Assembly: GCA_031414775.1 (NCBI GenBank)
Contig: JANOQI010000057.1
Location: 1 to 64,000, forward strand
DNA length: 64,000 nucleotides
Direction of reading: 5' to 3'
From: Synechococcales cyanobacterium VAR_4_metabat_354
GTDB taxonomy: Bacteria; Cyanobacteriota; Cyanobacteriia; Cyanobacteriales; Chamaesiphonaceae
The translations under genes were made by a program, and so were the position numbers. Every line of letters starts with the position of its first letter. The stretch's first letter is position 1. The notes below the pieces were generated by a model that saw nothing but the letters and a program-made list of their open reading frames with translations, was not told where the DNA came from and searched no databases. Shown piece by piece: positions 8,001 to 19,394 of this stretch.

Positions 8001-9689
8001 TTAAGATAAAGATCCAGCATAGGAAATCAGCTGCGAAATCCGATAGCGCAAGGTCTCTAGACCAATTCGCTCCGCTGCGGCGATAAAGATCGCTCGCGGA
8101 AACTCCTCCTCCGCCTGCGCCAGTCGCTCACTATCCACTTGATCGATTTTATTAAACACCACTATGGCTGGGCCTGCCGCGATCGGCATTCCTTCTAAAA
8201 TCGACATCACCGCCCGAATATGGCTGTGCCAAGCCGGATGGGACAGATCTACCAAATGAATCAGCGCATCCGCTTCAGTCACTTCTTCGAGAGTAGCGCG
8301 GAAAGAATCTACTAACGGCGGTGGCAGTTCGTGGATAAAACCCACCGTATCGGTTAGCAAAATTTGGCTGGTGTTGCCTTCGTTATCGATCGGAACCCGC
8401 ATCCGGCGAGTAGTAGGATCTAGCGTCGCGAACAATTTATCTGCCGCATAGACTTCGGCATTAGTCAGGGCATTGAGCAGCGTCGATTTACCAGCATTGG
8501 TATAACCAACGATCGCTACCGAGGGTACCTCTTTTTGCTGGCGCTGGAGACGCAGCCGCGACCGGTGGGCTTGAAGCTGATTAACTTCCTGCTGCAAGCG
8601 CGAAATCCGTTTCTGGATCGCCCGCCGCTCGGTTTCCAGCTTAGTTTCCCCCGGCCCTCTGGTTCCAATCCCACCACCCTGACGGGACAGAGCCTGACCC
8701 TTCCCCGTCAAGCGCGGTAGCTGATATTCTAACTGGGCTAGTTCTACTTGCAGTTTCCCGGCACCGGATTGCGCCCGTTGGGCAAAGATATCTAAAATCA
8801 CTTCCGTTCGATCGACCACCCGAATTCCAATCATCGTTTCCAGGTTCCGACACTGACTAGGGGAAAGATTGCAATCAAAAGCAATCAGATTGGCTCCCAC
8901 TTTTTGAGCCGCCAAGGCAATTTCTTGCACCTTGCCCTCACCTACCACCGTCTGGGGATGGGGCTTGGTGCGTTTTTGTTTGATGATCTGTAAGACTTCG
9001 CCCCCAGCGGTTTCCACTAGGCGAGTCAATTCATCCAAACCATCTTGAAAGCGTAAATCACCAACTGCCGTAGTTTTGAGACCAACAATCAGCACTCGAT
9101 CGGCTTGCACCCCGGCCTGATTGCCCGCAAATTCTTGGGAATATTCCTGCTCAATATTAGAAACCAGCTCAATCAAATCTTGATCGCTGACTACTTCTAG
9201 GGTCAGCGGCGGCGAAACTGTCCAATTCACCTCGGGGTGCGGCACCAAGTGCGATAGATAGACCTGTTGAACATAGCCAGTTACACCACCACCTCGTTTT
9301 TGAAAGCCGGTCGCTATTACATCTAAGCTGACCAGGGCATCAAGTCTTTGCAGCGCCATGGCCATTAAAGCCGCTTCACTGGGTGGCTCTACCTTTAATT
9401 GCGTGGTTACACACCTAATGCCGCTGAGACGCTCGGCACCATAGCGCGGTAACTCTAAGGGCGGAATTTGAGTTTGATGAGGTGTGCCCACTCCCACCCG
9501 CATGATTTGGCCACGCCGGTTCACATAGGCACAAATTGGTGACTTAATTTCACTACTAATGGCCGCTAGTTTTTGACTAAATTCTGGGGTAGTCAATCGA
9601 TCGACAGGCAGGCGTTCGTGATACAAGCGGCGCAACTGCTTGATTTGATTAGACTTGAGACCTTGTAATTTGCCGTAGATGATGTCGAT
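8001..9689 (-). CDS. hflX: GTPase HflX (long cyanobacterial form), probable ATC start
   Basis: GYTNAGKS, DTVG, NKID and GPGETKLE motifs. The frame extends upstream to ATC GAC ATC ATC TAC GGC at 9689, preceded by GGAGAG. Confidence 0.93.
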   Translation of the reverse strand: MDIIYGKLQGLKSNQIKQLRRLYHERLPVDRLTTPEFSQKLAAISSEIKSPICAYVNRRGQIMRVGVGTPHQTQIPPLELPRYGAERLSGIRCVTTQLKVEPPSEAALMAMALQRLDALVSLDVIATGFQKRGGGVTGYVQQVYLSHLVPHPEVNWTVSPPLTLEVVSDQDLIELVSNIEQEYSQEFAGNQAGVQADRVLIVGLKTTAVGDLRFQDGLDELTRLVETAGGEVLQIIKQKRTKPHPQTVVGEGKVQEIALAAQKVGANLIAFDCNLSPSQCRNLETMIGIRVVDRTEVILDIFAQRAQSGAGKLQVELAQLEYQLPRLTGKGQALSRQGGGIGTRGPGETKLETERRAIQKRISRLQQEVNQLQAHRSRLRLQRQQKEVPSVAIVGYTNAGKSTLLNALTNAEVYAADKLFATLDPTTRRMRVPIDNEGNTSQILLTDTVGFIHELPPPLVDSFRATLEEVTEADALIHLVDLSHPAWHSHIRAVMSILEGMPIAAGPAIVVFNKIDQVDSERLAQAEEEFPRAIFIAAAERIGLETLRYRISQLISYAGSLS

Positions 9690-9758
9690 ATCTTAATCTC
9701 TCCGCTGAAACCTGATTGATCACATTCTAGCAAGTAGGTGGAGAGCAGTCGAAAGCCA

Positions 9759-10484
9759 CTACCCAATCCCCTGTTTTTTTTCGTTTAGAGGTAGTTCCAA
9801 GCAATAACCCGCCCCATAAACGGTTTTAATATACTGCGGTCGGCGGGGTTCTGGCTCCATTTTGGTGCGTAAGTGACGGACATGCACCCGGATGGTTTCA
9901 ATATCATCGTTGGGGTCGTAGCCCCAGACTTCTTTAAGAATATCGCTGGGCGATACAGTCTGGCCGTGACGTTGCAACAGACAATGGAGCAGCTCAAATT
10001 CTAGGTGAGTAAGCTTAATAGTTTTGTCGAACCATACCACTTCAAAGCGCTCGGGTACTAGAATTAAAGGGCCATAGTTCAGAATCTCGGAGTGTTTGGC
10101 AGCTTGGGGGATGCGATCGGTACGGCGCAACAAAGCCCGCACCCGCGCCAGCATTTCTTCAATTTCAAATGGTTTGGTTAAATAGTCATCTGCTCCAGCA
10201 TTAAAACCATCTACTTTATTTTGAGTTTGACCCAAAGCGGTGAGCATCAAAATAGGAATATCGGAAGTGCGCTCGTCCCGGCGTAGCCGCTGACAAACGG
10301 TGTAGCCATCCACCTTCGGCAACATCAAGTCCAGCATCACGAGATCCGGTATCATCTGGATAGCCATCGCTTGACCTTGAATACCGTCAGGCGCTTGTTT
10401 GACTTCGTATCCAGCCATTTCGAGGTTAATACAGACTATTTCGGAAATCGCGGCATCGTCATCGACGACTAGTATCCGGGGCAT
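9759..10484 (-). CDS. rpaA: OmpR-family circadian output response regulator RpaA
   Basis: Receiver domain plus winged HTH; characteristic [21 protein letters not shown] and [14 protein letters not shown]. Confidence 0.93.
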   Translation of the reverse strand: MPRILVVDDDAAISEIVCINLEMAGYEVKQAPDGIQGQAMAIQMIPDLVMLDLMLPKVDGYTVCQRLRRDERTSDIPILMLTALGQTQNKVDGFNAGADDYLTKPFEIEEMLARVRALLRRTDRIPQAAKHSEILNYGPLILVPERFEVVWFDKTIKLTHLEFELLHCLLQRHGQTVSPSDILKEVWGYDPNDDIETIRVHVRHLRTKMEPEPRRPQYIKTVYGAGYCLELPLNEKKQGIG

Positions 10485-10726
10485 GGTCAAAATTTACACT
10501 TTTAATAGATGATTTGTGGCAATCTCATACCAATTCTTAAGAAAGAATACGGATTCTTGTAAAGATTATAAACGGGTAATTCACTAAAGGAGCAAAAGAA
10601 GGTTTTTCTTTATATCTCTGGAGGTAAGCACACCCATATTCTGTGATTATTCTACATTGGGAAGCAGTTAGCTCCGTTATTGTTTTCTCATATTTTTCCT
10701 TATCAATTTTATTTTTACATTTTTAC

Positions 10727-11941
10727 ATGCCCAAACTCCCTGCCCAGGTCTGGATGCTGGCCATTGGCCGCTTATTGTCTCAGATTGGTTCGGGTCTAAC
10801 CCTGTTCTATGCACCAATTTTCTTTGTTAACCAGCTCGGTCTCTCGGCGACAGCAGTGGGGATGGCGATCGGATCCCAGTCGATTACCGGAGTAGTTGGT
10901 CGGTTGCTGAGTGGTTCTTTGGTCGATCGATTGGGGCGCAAGCCAATTTTGTTAAGCGCGATGGTGCTATCGGCGATCGGAGCGGGTATTTTTGCACTGG
11001 CTCATGATTTCTCCACCTTAGTAATTGGCAATCTTTGCTTTGGCCTGGGGGTTGGTTTGTATTGGCCAGCCAACGAATCACTGGTCGCTGACCTGACCAC
11101 TAGTTCCGAGGAACGCCGCACCGCCTACGCTTTTACCCGCTTGGCCGACAATCTGGGGATGGGTTTAGGAATTGTGGGGGGCGGCCTGATGATTCAGTTG
11201 GCTTTTAATTATCGGTGGTTGTTTGGCCTGGATGCCTTGTCATTTATCGTTTTTGCGGGGGTAATTTTCTGGGGAATTCGGGAAACCAAGCCGCAACACA
11301 CCAGTACGACATCGGCTTGGGGCGGTTATGCCCAAGCCCTCTGCGATCGGCGGTTACAGCTGTATTTGTTGGTGAATATTATTTTTACTACCTATATGGC
11401 GCAGCTAGAAACCACGATGCCGCTGTATATTACTAAATTTGCGGGGGGCACCACGGCGATTGTCACGGCTTTGTTTACGCTGAATTTGATTATGTTGGCC
11501 GCTGGTCAGCTACCCGTAATTAAATGGCTGCGACCTTACCGCCATGCTCATGCCCTAGGCATGGCAGCTAGCTTTTGCGGGATTGGATTTATTTGTACCG
11601 CCTTAGCGACGATCGACAGACCCCACAGTTTGGGCTGGCTGGTATTCACCATGATTTTTTGGGCGATCGCCATTGCCGCCTATAATCCGACGGCTTCAGC
11701 TTTAACAGCCGATATTGCCCCCGTCCAGCTGATGGGCGTTTACACTTCTCTCAACTCGCTGTGCTGGGCGGTCGGCTTTGCTATTGGGCCGCCTTTGGGT
11801 GGTTGGGCACTAGACCAGTCAGTGAGAGTGGTGCAAATTTTCTGGGGAATGCTGGCACTGGGTTCGCTGCTGATGTGGGTAATTTTACTAGCTCTCGATC
11901 GACTGCTGCTCCAGTCGCGGCCAGCTTCAGAGAATTTATAA
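10727..11941 (+). CDS. MFS transporter
   Basis: About 12 hydrophobic segments; motif A GSLVDRLGRKP. Confidence 0.88.
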   Translation: MPKLPAQVWMLAIGRLLSQIGSGLTLFYAPIFFVNQLGLSATAVGMAIGSQSITGVVGRLLSGSLVDRLGRKPILLSAMVLSAIGAGIFALAHDFSTLVIGNLCFGLGVGLYWPANESLVADLTTSSEERRTAYAFTRLADNLGMGLGIVGGGLMIQLAFNYRWLFGLDALSFIVFAGVIFWGIRETKPQHTSTTSAWGGYAQALCDRRLQLYLLVNIIFTTYMAQLETTMPLYITKFAGGTTAIVTALFTLNLIMLAAGQLPVIKWLRPYRHAHALGMAASFCGIGFICTALATIDRPHSLGWLVFTMIFWAIAIAAYNPTASALTADIAPVQLMGVYTSLNSLCWAVGFAIGPPLGGWALDQSVRVVQIFWGMLALGSLLMWVILLALDRLLLQSRPASENL

Positions 11942-12044
11942 TAGAAAAATGTGAATCAATTGATACATCAAGGTTTTTCCCTGGTAGCGTATTACTGGGA
12001 ATGTTTAAATTAAAGATTTTAGATTGGGGCTTAGGTATTGACAT

Positions 12045-13637
12045 ATGGATAACAACTTAGCGCTTTGGCAAAAATATCAGGACTGGCTCTACTACCATCC
12101 CGGCTTAGAGTTTTATTTAGATATCAGTCGGATTCAGTTTACAGACGCTGATGTTAGCAATCTTGCCCCCAAATTTGACCAGGCTTTTCAGGATATGGCC
12201 AAGCTGGAAGCCGGATCGATCGCTAACCCCGATGAGAATCGCATGGTTGGTCATTACTGGCTGCGCAATCCGGCTCTAGCTCCTAGCCCAGATATTGCCA
12301 AAGACATTGTGACCAACGTTGAGCACATTCAGGATTTTGTCCAAAAGATTCACAGCGGCGCGATCAAGCCACCCACCGCTCCCAAATTCACCGACATTAT
12401 CTCGATCGGGATTGGCGGATCGTCTTTGGGTCCACAATTTGTGGCCGAAGCCTTAGCACCGGATGTACCGCCGTTGGCTATTCATTTTATTGACAACTCC
12501 GATCCAGCTGGAGTCGATCGACTGATTCATCAAGTCGGTGATCGGTTGGCCAGCTCCTTGGTAATTGTGATTTCTAAATCAGGCAGCACCCCAGAACCTC
12601 AAAACGGCATGTTAGAAGTTGCGGCGGCTTTTCAAGCAGCTCAGCTCAACTTCGCCGCCCAGGCAATCGCGATTACCGGCTCCGGCAGCAAATTGGATAA
12701 ATATGCGGAATCCCAAAAGTGGATCGACAGATTTCCAATGGAAGATTGGGTGGGTGGCCGCACCTCGGAGCTTTCGGCGGTGGGCTTATTACCAGCCGCC
12801 CTGCAAGGAATTGATATCCAAGCAATGCTGGATGGGGCTAAAGAAATGGATATCGCCACCCGTCAACCAATATTTAAGCAAAATCCAGCCGCACTACTGG
12901 CTTTTTGCTGGTACGTAGAAGGCAAGGGTAAAGGTGCCAAAGACATGGTGGTCTTGCCTTACAAAGACAACCTCATGTTGTTTAGCCGCTACTTGCAACA
13001 GCTCGTTATGGAATCTTTGGGCAAAGAGTTAGATCTCGATGGCAATCAGGTCTACCAAGGAATTGCCGTCTATGGTAACAAAGGCTCTACTGACCAACAT
13101 GCCTATGTCCAACAGCTACGGGAAGGCGTACCCAACTTTTTCATGACCTTTATCGAGGTGTTACTCGATCGCACCGGACCATCTCTAGAACTAGAAGCCG
13201 GAGTAACCATGGGCGATTATCTCTCCGGTTTCCTCCAAGGTACCCGCACCGCCCTCTACGAAAAAGGCCGGGACTCCATTAGTATTACCATCCAAGCAGC
13301 CAATGCTCGGACGATTGGCGCGTTAATTGCTCTCTACGAGAGAGCTGTAGGCTTCTATGCTTCGTTGATCAATGTCAATGCCTACCATCAACCCGGCGTG
13401 GAAGCAGGCAAAAAAGCTGCTGCCGATGTGATTAAACTGCAAGCCCAGGTTTTAGAGGTGCTGAACCAAAACCCCTCACCGATTTCTTTGGTGGATTTAG
13501 CCACCAAGATGAACGCGGTCGATCGCATCGAAGAAGTCTACAAAATTGTCCGACATTTAGCCAGCAACGATCGGGTAGTGACCGAAGGCAGCAAAGGTGC
13601 CCCCGGCAAATTGTGGGTGAAAGGAGTTAAGCTCTAA
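12045..13637 (+). CDS. pgi: Glucose-6-phosphate isomerase
   Basis: [28 protein letters not shown] and HQPGVEAGK motifs. Confidence 0.96.
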   Translation: MDNNLALWQKYQDWLYYHPGLEFYLDISRIQFTDADVSNLAPKFDQAFQDMAKLEAGSIANPDENRMVGHYWLRNPALAPSPDIAKDIVTNVEHIQDFVQKIHSGAIKPPTAPKFTDIISIGIGGSSLGPQFVAEALAPDVPPLAIHFIDNSDPAGVDRLIHQVGDRLASSLVIVISKSGSTPEPQNGMLEVAAAFQAAQLNFAAQAIAITGSGSKLDKYAESQKWIDRFPMEDWVGGRTSELSAVGLLPAALQGIDIQAMLDGAKEMDIATRQPIFKQNPAALLAFCWYVEGKGKGAKDMVVLPYKDNLMLFSRYLQQLVMESLGKELDLDGNQVYQGIAVYGNKGSTDQHAYVQQLREGVPNFFMTFIEVLLDRTGPSLELEAGVTMGDYLSGFLQGTRTALYEKGRDSISITIQAANARTIGALIALYERAVGFYASLINVNAYHQPGVEAGKKAAADVIKLQAQVLEVLNQNPSPISLVDLATKMNAVDRIEEVYKIVRHLASNDRVVTEGSKGAPGKLWVKGVKL

Positions 13638-14662
13638 GCCGGAATTCCCAGTAGTTGGCCAGTACCGGCTACTACTGCGCCGATTTGGTAAGCTCCCAAA
13701 TCTTGCTGCTGAAACCAATCGATCATCGTCTGAGCCTCGGCAGCGGGCACGATTACCACAAACCCAATTCCCATATTGAAGGTGTGATACATATCTCGAT
13801 CGGACACCCCGCCTTGCTCCGCTAGCCAAGTAAAAGCAGCGGGCACCGGCCAACTCCCTAAGTTAACTTGCACTGCCTGCCCTGCTCCCAAACAGCGCGG
13901 TAGGTTTTCGGGTAAACCACCACCAGTGATATGTGCCATGCCCCGAATCGGCAAGTTAGCTTTCTTGGCCGCCAAAATTGTCGATACATAAATGTGAGTC
14001 GGGGTCAGATACACTTCGCCCACCGTTTGGCCACCAAGAGCCGCCGGTCGATCGATCCATTCCACCCCCGCCGTTTCAATCACCTTGCGCACCAGACTAT
14101 AGCCATTACTGTGAATGCCACTACTCGCTAGTCCGATCGCCACATCCCCAACCTGAATCTGAGACCCATCCAGAATTTCGCTTTTTTCGACCACCCCGAC
14201 GGTGAAACCAGCTAAGTCATATTCACCAGACTGGTAAAAACCAGGCATTTCTGCTGTTTCCCCGCCCAGCAATGCACAACCAGCTTGCTTACAACCATCA
14301 GTAATCCCCGCGACCACCTGCACCAACTCGGCTGGTTCTAATTTGCCCGTTGCCAAATAATCCAGAAAGAACAGCGGTTCAGCGCCACAGGTTACGATGT
14401 CATTTACACACATCGCCACCAAGTCAATGCCAATTGTTTGATGCTGGTTCAGGGTTTGGGCAATTTTGAGCTTAGTTCCCACCCCATCAGTACCCGAAAC
14501 TAGCACCGGCTGTCGATAGCCCGCCGGTAACTCAAACCAACCACTAAAACCACCGAAACCACCCAATACTCCGGGACGATGGGTACTTTTCACCAGACTC
14601 TTGATCTGCTGCACAAATGCTCTACCAGCCTCAACATCTACTCCAGCTGCTTGATAGTCCAT
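13634..14662 (-). CDS. purM: Phosphoribosylformylglycinamidine cyclo-ligase (AIR synthetase)
   Basis: [29 protein letters not shown] and FNMGIG motifs. Confidence 0.97.
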   Translation of the reverse strand: MDYQAAGVDVEAGRAFVQQIKSLVKSTHRPGVLGGFGGFSGWFELPAGYRQPVLVSGTDGVGTKLKIAQTLNQHQTIGIDLVAMCVNDIVTCGAEPLFFLDYLATGKLEPAELVQVVAGITDGCKQAGCALLGGETAEMPGFYQSGEYDLAGFTVGVVEKSEILDGSQIQVGDVAIGLASSGIHSNGYSLVRKVIETAGVEWIDRPAALGGQTVGEVYLTPTHIYVSTILAAKKANLPIRGMAHITGGGLPENLPRCLGAGQAVQVNLGSWPVPAAFTWLAEQGGVSDRDMYHTFNMGIGFVVIVPAAEAQTMIDWFQQQDLGAYQIGAVVAGTGQLLGIPA

Positions 14663-14931
14663 ACTTTGAAATTAGGTATTGATGATGTGTCCACCAAATC
14701 CTAGCCTTTGCGATCGATCCAATTACGTGAGTATTACTTATATTTAGTGCCTAAAGTATATAAATTATTAATAATTGGCAACTATTAGTAATAATCTCAG
14801 TCTCTATTAACCATGAATCATAGACCATCTCCCATATTTCTTGGAAGTGGCCATGTTACACACGATCCTTACAAAACGCCTGATTTAGCGTGATGGTGTG
14901 TAGGCGAATAGTGTTCTTTAACTTGGTTATT

Positions 14932-15762
14932 ATGTATAAAATTTGGCTTAGTCTGACAACAATCTTGGTAGCAGCTGCAATGCAGCCTCTACAAATGGCA
15001 CTAGCAGCTAATCAAAACTTGCCAGTAGTGACAGCAATCACAAAATTGAATACCAGAGACGCATCATCTCATTTCTCCCGCAACAAAATAGTCGTTCGAC
15101 AATCGCAAAAGAAAATTGCGGCCATCCCTAGAGTTCAGCCCTTGCCAAACATCAAAAGCACGGCTCCGACTAGCTTAGATCTACCAGAAACAGTAGCTAG
15201 TAAAACACCATCAGTAGAGCCACTGCCATTATTAAAAAAATTCGCTGCTACCAGTCTAGATTTGCCAGCAAAATCTTCCCTTGTTAAGGCCATCCAACCC
15301 CTGCCCAGCAATTTTAAAGTTTCGCAACAGCAGCGGGCAGGTAATTCACTGGTAGCGCAAGTACAACCGTTACCAACCTTAAAAAATGTAGCAGCCACTA
15401 GCTTAGAACTAGAGCCAGACACGGGAGCACTCCCAACCAAAATCCTTTCGACCCAAACCGGTGGCGCTTCTTGGTATGGTCCCGAGGGTGGACCATTAAC
15501 AGCAACTGGTGAACGCTATATTCCCAGCGGTTTGACAGCGGCTCACCGGACATTACCTTTCGGCACCAAAGTTCAGGTTACGAATTTGCGCAATAACCAA
15601 TCAGTGGTTGTGCGGATCAATGATCGAGGACCCTTTATTGGTGGCCGGATTATTGATTTGTCTGATGCCGCTGCCGCCGAAGTTGGGATTAAGAGTTCAG
15701 GGGTGGGTAGAGTCCGCTTAGATATCTTGAGCTATGGCAATGGTCGCCGCGTGCGACGTTAG
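14932..15762 (+). CDS. rlpA: RlpA-family lytic transglycosylase with signal peptide and repetitive linker
   Basis: C-terminal ASWYG...TAAHRTLPFGT...RINDRGP...IIDLS double-psi beta-barrel domain. Confidence 0.88.
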   Translation: MYKIWLSLTTILVAAAMQPLQMALAANQNLPVVTAITKLNTRDASSHFSRNKIVVRQSQKKIAAIPRVQPLPNIKSTAPTSLDLPETVASKTPSVEPLPLLKKFAATSLDLPAKSSLVKAIQPLPSNFKVSQQQRAGNSLVAQVQPLPTLKNVAATSLELEPDTGALPTKILSTQTGGASWYGPEGGPLTATGERYIPSGLTAAHRTLPFGTKVQVTNLRNNQSVVVRINDRGPFIGGRIIDLSDAAAAEVGIKSSGVGRVRLDILSYGNGRRVRR

Positions 15763-15848
15763 ATTCTATTTTTGGTCGTTGCTGAATGTCGGAGAAAATC
15801 CTCATTCAGCAGCGCTTTTTATTCTCAATCATAAGGACATAACAGTAA

Positions 15849-16235
15849 GTGATTAATCAACATATTTCCGCTAGTTTAGTAGCTATGACTATCACGGTGA
15901 CATCATTTGCACCGGCAGCAATAGCTGGTCAAAGAGGTCAAGCCTCCTGGTATGGACATGAAGGTGGTAGTGTTACTGCCACCGGAGAAAGATACAATCC
16001 GAGTGGTTTAACTGCTGCTCACCGCACGCTGCCAATGGGTAGTAGAGTGCGCGTCACTAATAATCGCAACGGTCGATCGGTAGTAGTCCGGATTAATGAT
16101 CGGGGACCTTTTACTGGTGGTCGGGTTATTGACTTATCGGAAGGCGCGGCAGCAGCGATCGGCATTAAAAGCAGTGGTGTTGGGAATGTTACGATCGAAC
16201 CACTAGGTGGCGGTAGCCGTAGGGGCAAAAGTTAA
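15849..16235 (+). CDS. rlpA: Short RlpA-family protein (signal peptide plus DPBB domain)
   Basis: ASWYG, TAAHRTLP and RINDRGP motifs. Confidence 0.88.
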   Translation: MINQHISASLVAMTITVTSFAPAAIAGQRGQASWYGHEGGSVTATGERYNPSGLTAAHRTLPMGSRVRVTNNRNGRSVVVRINDRGPFTGGRVIDLSEGAAAAIGIKSSGVGNVTIEPLGGGSRRGKS

Positions 16236-16286
16236 TTTCCCATGATTACAATTCCATAGAATTCAAATAGAATTTCAATCTCAGTC

Positions 16287-16314
16287 TGAGGATGGGGAAC
16301 CATCCTCATTTTTT
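16287..16314 (+). terminator. Intrinsic terminator after the rlpA pair
   Basis: TGAGGATGG-GGAA-CCATCCTCA followed by T6. Confidence 0.85.
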
Positions 16315-16374
16315 AGATATTGATAACAGCGCTGTAAGATAATTACATTCTGATTTTCTAGCTGTGCATTACTC

Positions 16375-17205
16375 ATGACTAACTGGCAAGCTTGTGGCAA
16401 TTACACCGATATTCTTTATCACAAGCAGAACGGCATTGCCAAAATCACTATCAATCGCCCCCACAAACGCAATGCTTTTCGACCCCAAACAGTCAACGAA
16501 ATGTACGCCGCTTTTTGTGATGCCCGCGAAGATCTCCAAATTGGAGTGATTTTGTTAACCGGTGCTGGCCCTCACACCGATGGCAAATACGCCTTTTGTG
16601 CCGGTGGCGATCAATCAGTCCGCACTACTGGCGGCTATGCTGACGAGCAAGGTATTCCCCGTTTAAATGTCTTGGATCTGCAAAAGTTGATCCGATCGAT
16701 CCCCAAAGTGGTCATTGCTCTGGTGGGTGGCTATGCAATCGGCGGTGGACACGTTTTACACCTAGTTTGTGACTTATCGATTGCGGCGGATAATGCCATT
16801 TTTGGCCAAACTGGCCCCAAAGTAGGCAGCTTTGATGGTGGCTTTGGTGCCAGCTATCTCGCCCGAGTGGTTGGCCAAAAAAAAGCCCGCGAGATTTGGT
16901 TTCTCTGTCGGCAATACGACGCGGCAGCCGCTTTGGAGATGGGTTTAGTGAATTGCGTGGTGCCAATCGCTGAACTAGAAGGCACTGGCATCAGCTGGGC
17001 TGAAGAAATTTTGGCGAAAAGTCCTTTGGCGATTCGTTGCCTCAAGTCAGCATTCAATGCCGATTGTGATGGTCAAGCTGGTCTTCAAGAACTAGCTGGG
17101 AATGCAACCATGCTGTATTACATGACCGCAGAGGGTGCCGAAGGTAAACAAGCATTTCTAGATAAGAGAGAGCCAGACTTTCAACAATATCCCTGGTTAC
17201 CTTAA
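16375..17205 (+). CDS. menB: 1,4-dihydroxy-2-naphthoyl-CoA synthase
   Basis: Crotonase fold; AFCAGGDQ and [13 protein letters not shown] motifs. Confidence 0.96.
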   Translation: MTNWQACGNYTDILYHKQNGIAKITINRPHKRNAFRPQTVNEMYAAFCDAREDLQIGVILLTGAGPHTDGKYAFCAGGDQSVRTTGGYADEQGIPRLNVLDLQKLIRSIPKVVIALVGGYAIGGGHVLHLVCDLSIAADNAIFGQTGPKVGSFDGGFGASYLARVVGQKKAREIWFLCRQYDAAAALEMGLVNCVVPIAELEGTGISWAEEILAKSPLAIRCLKSAFNADCDGQAGLQELAGNATMLYYMTAEGAEGKQAFLDKREPDFQQYPWLP

Positions 17206-17222
17206 GCCACATCAGTCTAGAT

Positions 17223-17504
17223 CTAAACCTTTCTACTGGTCTCGGCAACTTCAAAATGTAAAGGCATTTCGGTGGTCGCTACCGTCACTTCTTTTCTTAC
17301 TTCTTCTTGGACTGGTAAATCTTCCAAAATTTGCCAACTGTGAGCAAAGGCTGGTAGACCCAATTGGCAAGTTGGCCAACTGCCACCCACCGATACATTT
17401 AACTGTTGGCAAGAACCACCATTGTGGCCTTGAGGTTGATAGAAGCAACAGTTTCTACAAACAGAAGTGGCAGATTTATTTGCAGCGAATTCATATGTTT
17501 GCAT
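17223..17504 (-). CDS. Small Cys-rich hypothetical protein (CxxC-x12-C-x13-C)
   Basis: GAGG RBS before ATG 17504; CRNC...C...C pattern. Confidence 0.65.
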   Translation of the reverse strand: MQTYEFAANKSATSVCRNCCFYQPQGHNGGSCQQLNVSVGGSWPTCQLGLPAFAHSWQILEDLPVQEEVRKEVTVATTEMPLHFEVAETSRKV

Positions 17505-18121
17505 TGTGCACCTCATCTAAGGTCGGGTAAATCGGGAGCGGGGATATTCGTTTTTTATCGCTCCCCTATCATCCACCATCCAAAGATGGGGATCATTGCT
17601 GTATAAAGATTGTGCTGTCAGGCTTCGAGCGATCCCCAGACCACTTTTATGTTTAGATTGTCTTCATATTTGATTTACACATGGATACATTAGTTGATAT
17701 ATTTACCTATCTCATTAACGCCACAAAGACGCGCTCAGAAATCACTATTGTTTGGCGATCTAAACAAATTGATTAAACACTGGGGATCATGAGTAAATAT
17801 ACTGAGATACACAAATTTGATAACTTGAAATTACGAACCTCCGACACCAAAATCAACTCAAGCCTTAACCAAAGAAGCTTTTCGGCTAATTTTCCATCTT
17901 GAAGCTAAATAAAGCTCACTAACGTATTCACAAATTCTCAAGATATAATTGATTGTGGAAGTGGTGGCAGGTCGGCACTAGATCGCTCTGTCCAAGAAAA
18001 CTTTTAGGCGAGTGTGTCAGCACTTTATGAGAGGAAACCTCATTAAAGAACCTGTATCACTGTATGGGTTCAATACACTTAATTTAACTCCACTGTTGTA
18101 CTAGACTAAGGACAGATCATC

Positions 18122-18904
18122 ATGGGATTACTCGATCGAATTGGCAGAGTGATGCGCGCTAATGTTAACGACATGGTGAGCAAGGCGGAAGATCCAGAAA
18201 AGATTCTGGAACAGGCCGTCATGGATATGCAAGAAGACCTGCTGCAATTGCGTCAGGCTGTAGCCAGTGCCATTGCCAGCCAAAAGCGTAGCGAGCAACA
18301 ATACAACAAAGCTATTAATGACGAAAATAGCTGGCAGCAAAAAGCCCAGCTGGCTCTGCAAAAAGGTGATGAAAACCTGGCGCGGGAAGCACTGGTGCGG
18401 AAAAAGACTTACAGCGAAACGGCAGTAGCGCTGAAAGGTCAATTAGATGGGCAGTCTGGCCAAATCGAAACTTTAAAACGTAGCTTGATTCAGATCGAGA
18501 GCAAAATTTCTGAGGCCAAAACCAAAAAAGACATGCTCAAAGCGCGCTCTCAGGCTGCTAAAGCCCAAGAGCAATTACAGAGCGCTGTTGGTCGGGTGGG
18601 CAATAATAGCTCCATGGCAGCCTTTGAACGGATGGAAGAGAAGGTGCTGATGTCGGAAGCCCGGTCGCAAGCGGCGGCGGAAATTGCCGGATCTGATTTA
18701 GAGAGCAAGTTTATTGCCCTCGAAGCTGGCAGTGGTGTCGAAGACGAATTGGCAATGATGAAACAGCAAATGCTGGCTAGTGCCAATCCGCAACAGCAGA
18801 GTGCTCTGCCCGCAGCTGCTACCGGCTCAGTTCCCAGTAACCCGGCCAGTGAACCAGTAGATGCAGAAATTGAAGCTCTGCGCAAAAAGATCGATAATCT
18901 GTAA
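18122..18904 (+). CDS. vipp1: Vipp1/IM30 (PspA family)
   Basis: MGLLDRIGR...AEDPEKILEQ, long coiled coil, AFERMEEKV, and a Vipp1-type C-terminal extension. Confidence 0.92.
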   Translation: MGLLDRIGRVMRANVNDMVSKAEDPEKILEQAVMDMQEDLLQLRQAVASAIASQKRSEQQYNKAINDENSWQQKAQLALQKGDENLAREALVRKKTYSETAVALKGQLDGQSGQIETLKRSLIQIESKISEAKTKKDMLKARSQAAKAQEQLQSAVGRVGNNSSMAAFERMEEKVLMSEARSQAAAEIAGSDLESKFIALEAGSGVEDELAMMKQQMLASANPQQQSALPAAATGSVPSNPASEPVDAEIEALRKKIDNL

Positions 18905-18937
18905 ATTCAGATTGTTGCCAAATCACCACAGTAATTT

Positions 18938-18972
18938 AAGATTCCCGATCGCAATAGCAGATTGGGAATTTT
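18938..18972 (+). terminator. Stem-loop or terminator after vipp1
   Basis: AAGATTCCCGATC...GATTGGGAATTTT inverted repeat. Confidence 0.6.
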
Positions 18973-19015
18973 GGGTGTCAGCAGCTAAACTAAATAAAAA
19001 TTTGGATAAGATTTT

Positions 19016-19351
19016 ATGAGCGGCGTTAGTGTTATCAGCGATGATTTATTTGCCACCGAAGTATTAGCTAGTGAGCAGCCAGTGGTGGTCTATCTGTGGG
19101 CAGATTGGTGTGGGCCATGCAAGTTAGTCTCGCCTTCGATCGAATGGATTGCCCAGAATTATGCCGATCGACTAAAGGTGGTCAAAATGCCGGTGGATGA
19201 TAATCCCAGCACTGTCAAGACCTATAAGGTTGAAGGGGTACCAGCGATTCGCCTCTTTCAGAGTGGTAATCTGCTCCATTCCTGGGAAGGCGCAATTACT
19301 AAAGCGAAGCTGATTACGATGATTGATCAGTACTTTCCAGCTGCTAGCTAA
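19016..19351 (+). CDS. Thioredoxin
   Basis: WCGPC active site, 111 aa. Confidence 0.93.
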   Translation: MSGVSVISDDLFATEVLASEQPVVVYLWADWCGPCKLVSPSIEWIAQNYADRLKVVKMPVDDNPSTVKTYKVEGVPAIRLFQSGNLLHSWEGAITKAKLITMIDQYFPAAS

Positions 19352-19394
19352 ATTTGCCTAGTCTCTTTAGTTCTCTGAGTCACCCCCCCACATC

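Noticed and set aside
17505..18121. ncRNA in the long intergenic region upstream of vipp1
   Set aside because: Only a weak hairpin near 17533-17567; no recognisable RNA family.
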